DNA of 63,999 nucleotides, filler included, from Pelomyxa schiedti (Eukaryota; Protista; Evosea), in the NCBI GenBank assembly GCA_020536535.1. It is 14 parts of 14 records of this genome, joined end to end, with 100 filler letters (N's around TTAATTAATTAA, not from the genome) between each part and the next. Parts side by side here need not be neighbours in the genome. Positions count along the whole stretch, not along the records: positions 62,986 to 63,999 come from JAHLWZ010003003.1; 13 more parts are not named here. The stretch is one strand, 5' to 3'. The notes beneath the pieces are model-generated. The model saw only the letters and a list, made by a program, of their open reading frames with translations. It did no database searches and was not told the origin of the DNA. Positions 62,886 to 63,999 of this stretch are shown here, one piece after another; position 1 is the stretch's first letter; every line of letters starts with the position of its first letter. A program made the position numbers and the translations under genes.

Positions 62886-62985
62886 NNNNNNNNNNNNNNN
62901 NNNNNNNNNNNNNNNNNNNNNNNNNNNNNTTAATTAATTAANNNNNNNNNNNNNNNNNNNNNNNNNNNNNNNNNNNNNNNNNNNN

Positions 62986-63115
62986 TGCGCTCCTCAAATC
63001 AGAACCACCCACACACTGTGACGGCGTTGTAGTATCCTTCCTCTGGGATAAGTTGCCCATCACTACGTCGCACAGCCTTGGTGGTGCGAACAGTACCATC
63101 GGTTCTTCCTGCTGT

Positions 63116-63213
<98 letters not shown>

Positions 63214-63537
63214 GGTCGATTGGGGTGCAGTGGTGTTGTAGTACCTGATACAGTGGACACTGCCATTACCATCACCGCCCCACATCCCACAATCGCGGTC
63301 GTCGTCGCTGGTTTGTACGACCACCACACCACGACCACGGCCACCACGACCACCACCACGATTTCCTTCTGCTCCCTCGGCCTCATCAGAGTAATCGTAC
63401 TCACCGAACATGTCGTCGTCGTCAGCCTCGTGGTGGTGGTGGTCTTGATGCCTCTCGTTGGAGCAGTCGTCGTAGTGCTCCTCCTCCTTTATACAAACAC
63501 GGCCACCACCTGTGACGTCGTCGTCGCGAGGTTGCAT
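62986..63537 (-). CDS. 5' fragment of a polyQ/acidic low-complexity protein
   Basis: ORF open to the contig end with about 35 Gln encoded by (CAGCAA)n at ~63108-63213. Confidence 0.6.
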
Positions 63538-63686
63538 TTCGCGGTGTTTGATGAGACTAGCCACTCGAAGAGGTTTTGACTTCCAAGAAAAGGCACGTCG
63601 TGGCTCTGTGAAAATTACTGCTGTGTTCTTACTTTCTTGAACCATTAAAGAGTGAAAAGGCAGGCATCATCATAGAGACAATTGTG

Positions 63687-63999
63687 TCAGAATTTTGAAG
63701 TGGGGGGCTGGGGGGTGATTGTAAGAACGGCCAGATACTTCCCGGTGGTGGTCTCACCAATGGAAACTTCAAGTTCTTTTCGCTGGTAGAGAAGAACTGT
63801 GGCAGGATCACCCATGGTTGTTGTTTGAAGGGCACAATAGACTTCTTTGGAGGTGGAGTAGATCCCATTTTGATGGAAATACTCATAACAGCATGAAGGC
63901 TGACTCAAGTCATCTGATGGTGATGAGACGCTATACACTTCACGCACCAGTGTTTCACCATGTTTACACAAGCCAACGATGTGTGAAGGCCAGATTGTG
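63687..63999 (-). CDS. 3' end of a hypothetical protein
   Basis: Frame open from the window edge to a stop at 63687. Confidence 0.5.
   Translation of the reverse strand, partial: TIWPSHIVGLCKHGETLVREVYSVSSPSDDLSQPSCCYEYFHQNGIYSTSKEVYCALQTTTMGDPATVLLYQRKELEVSIGETTTGKYLAVLTITPQPPTSKF

Noticed and set aside
16670-62985. Regularly recurring TTAATTAATTAA palindrome
   Set aside because: It is always embedded in an identical N44/N44 block, so it is an artificial six-frame-stop linker. Adjacency across it has no biological meaning.

Overview
Eukaryotic, intron-dense protist DNA. It is not one locus: 13 artificial 100-nt spacers (N44-TTAATTAATTAA-N44) join 14 unrelated contigs, and there is one plain 100-N scaffold gap. 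The standard genetic code is used. Gene content and the lineage-type repeat family (ARxQ...HPRCG...NxKW) suggest an amoebozoan, most like the archamoeba Pelomyxa (inference from memory, not searched). By manual splicing I recognise two Sel1-repeat genes, RABL6, Atg18/WIPI, a cAMP-receptor-like GPCR, a large S/T-rich surface protein, an LRR protein with one exon per repeat, a divergent Rac, ODR4, a Roco (LRR-ROC-COR-pseudokinase), and contig-end fragments of a class I PDE, an SH3 protein and a SIRT6/7-like sirtuin. About eight intronless members of an expanded family are present; the five with an intact N-terminus carry an F-box-like motif. Three signals stand out. (1) An intron-split gene the ORF track fragments, coupling the HPRxG/F-box-like motif to a Vint-type Hint (intein-like) domain, with no VWA in the visible part. 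(2) A clean 163-bp internal inversion in a VIT-TPR-DUF2135 gene that restores the frame exactly when flipped. (3) Repeated micro-inversions and microhomology-type deletions in duplicated genes, which could be real rearrangements or whole-genome-amplification artefacts.
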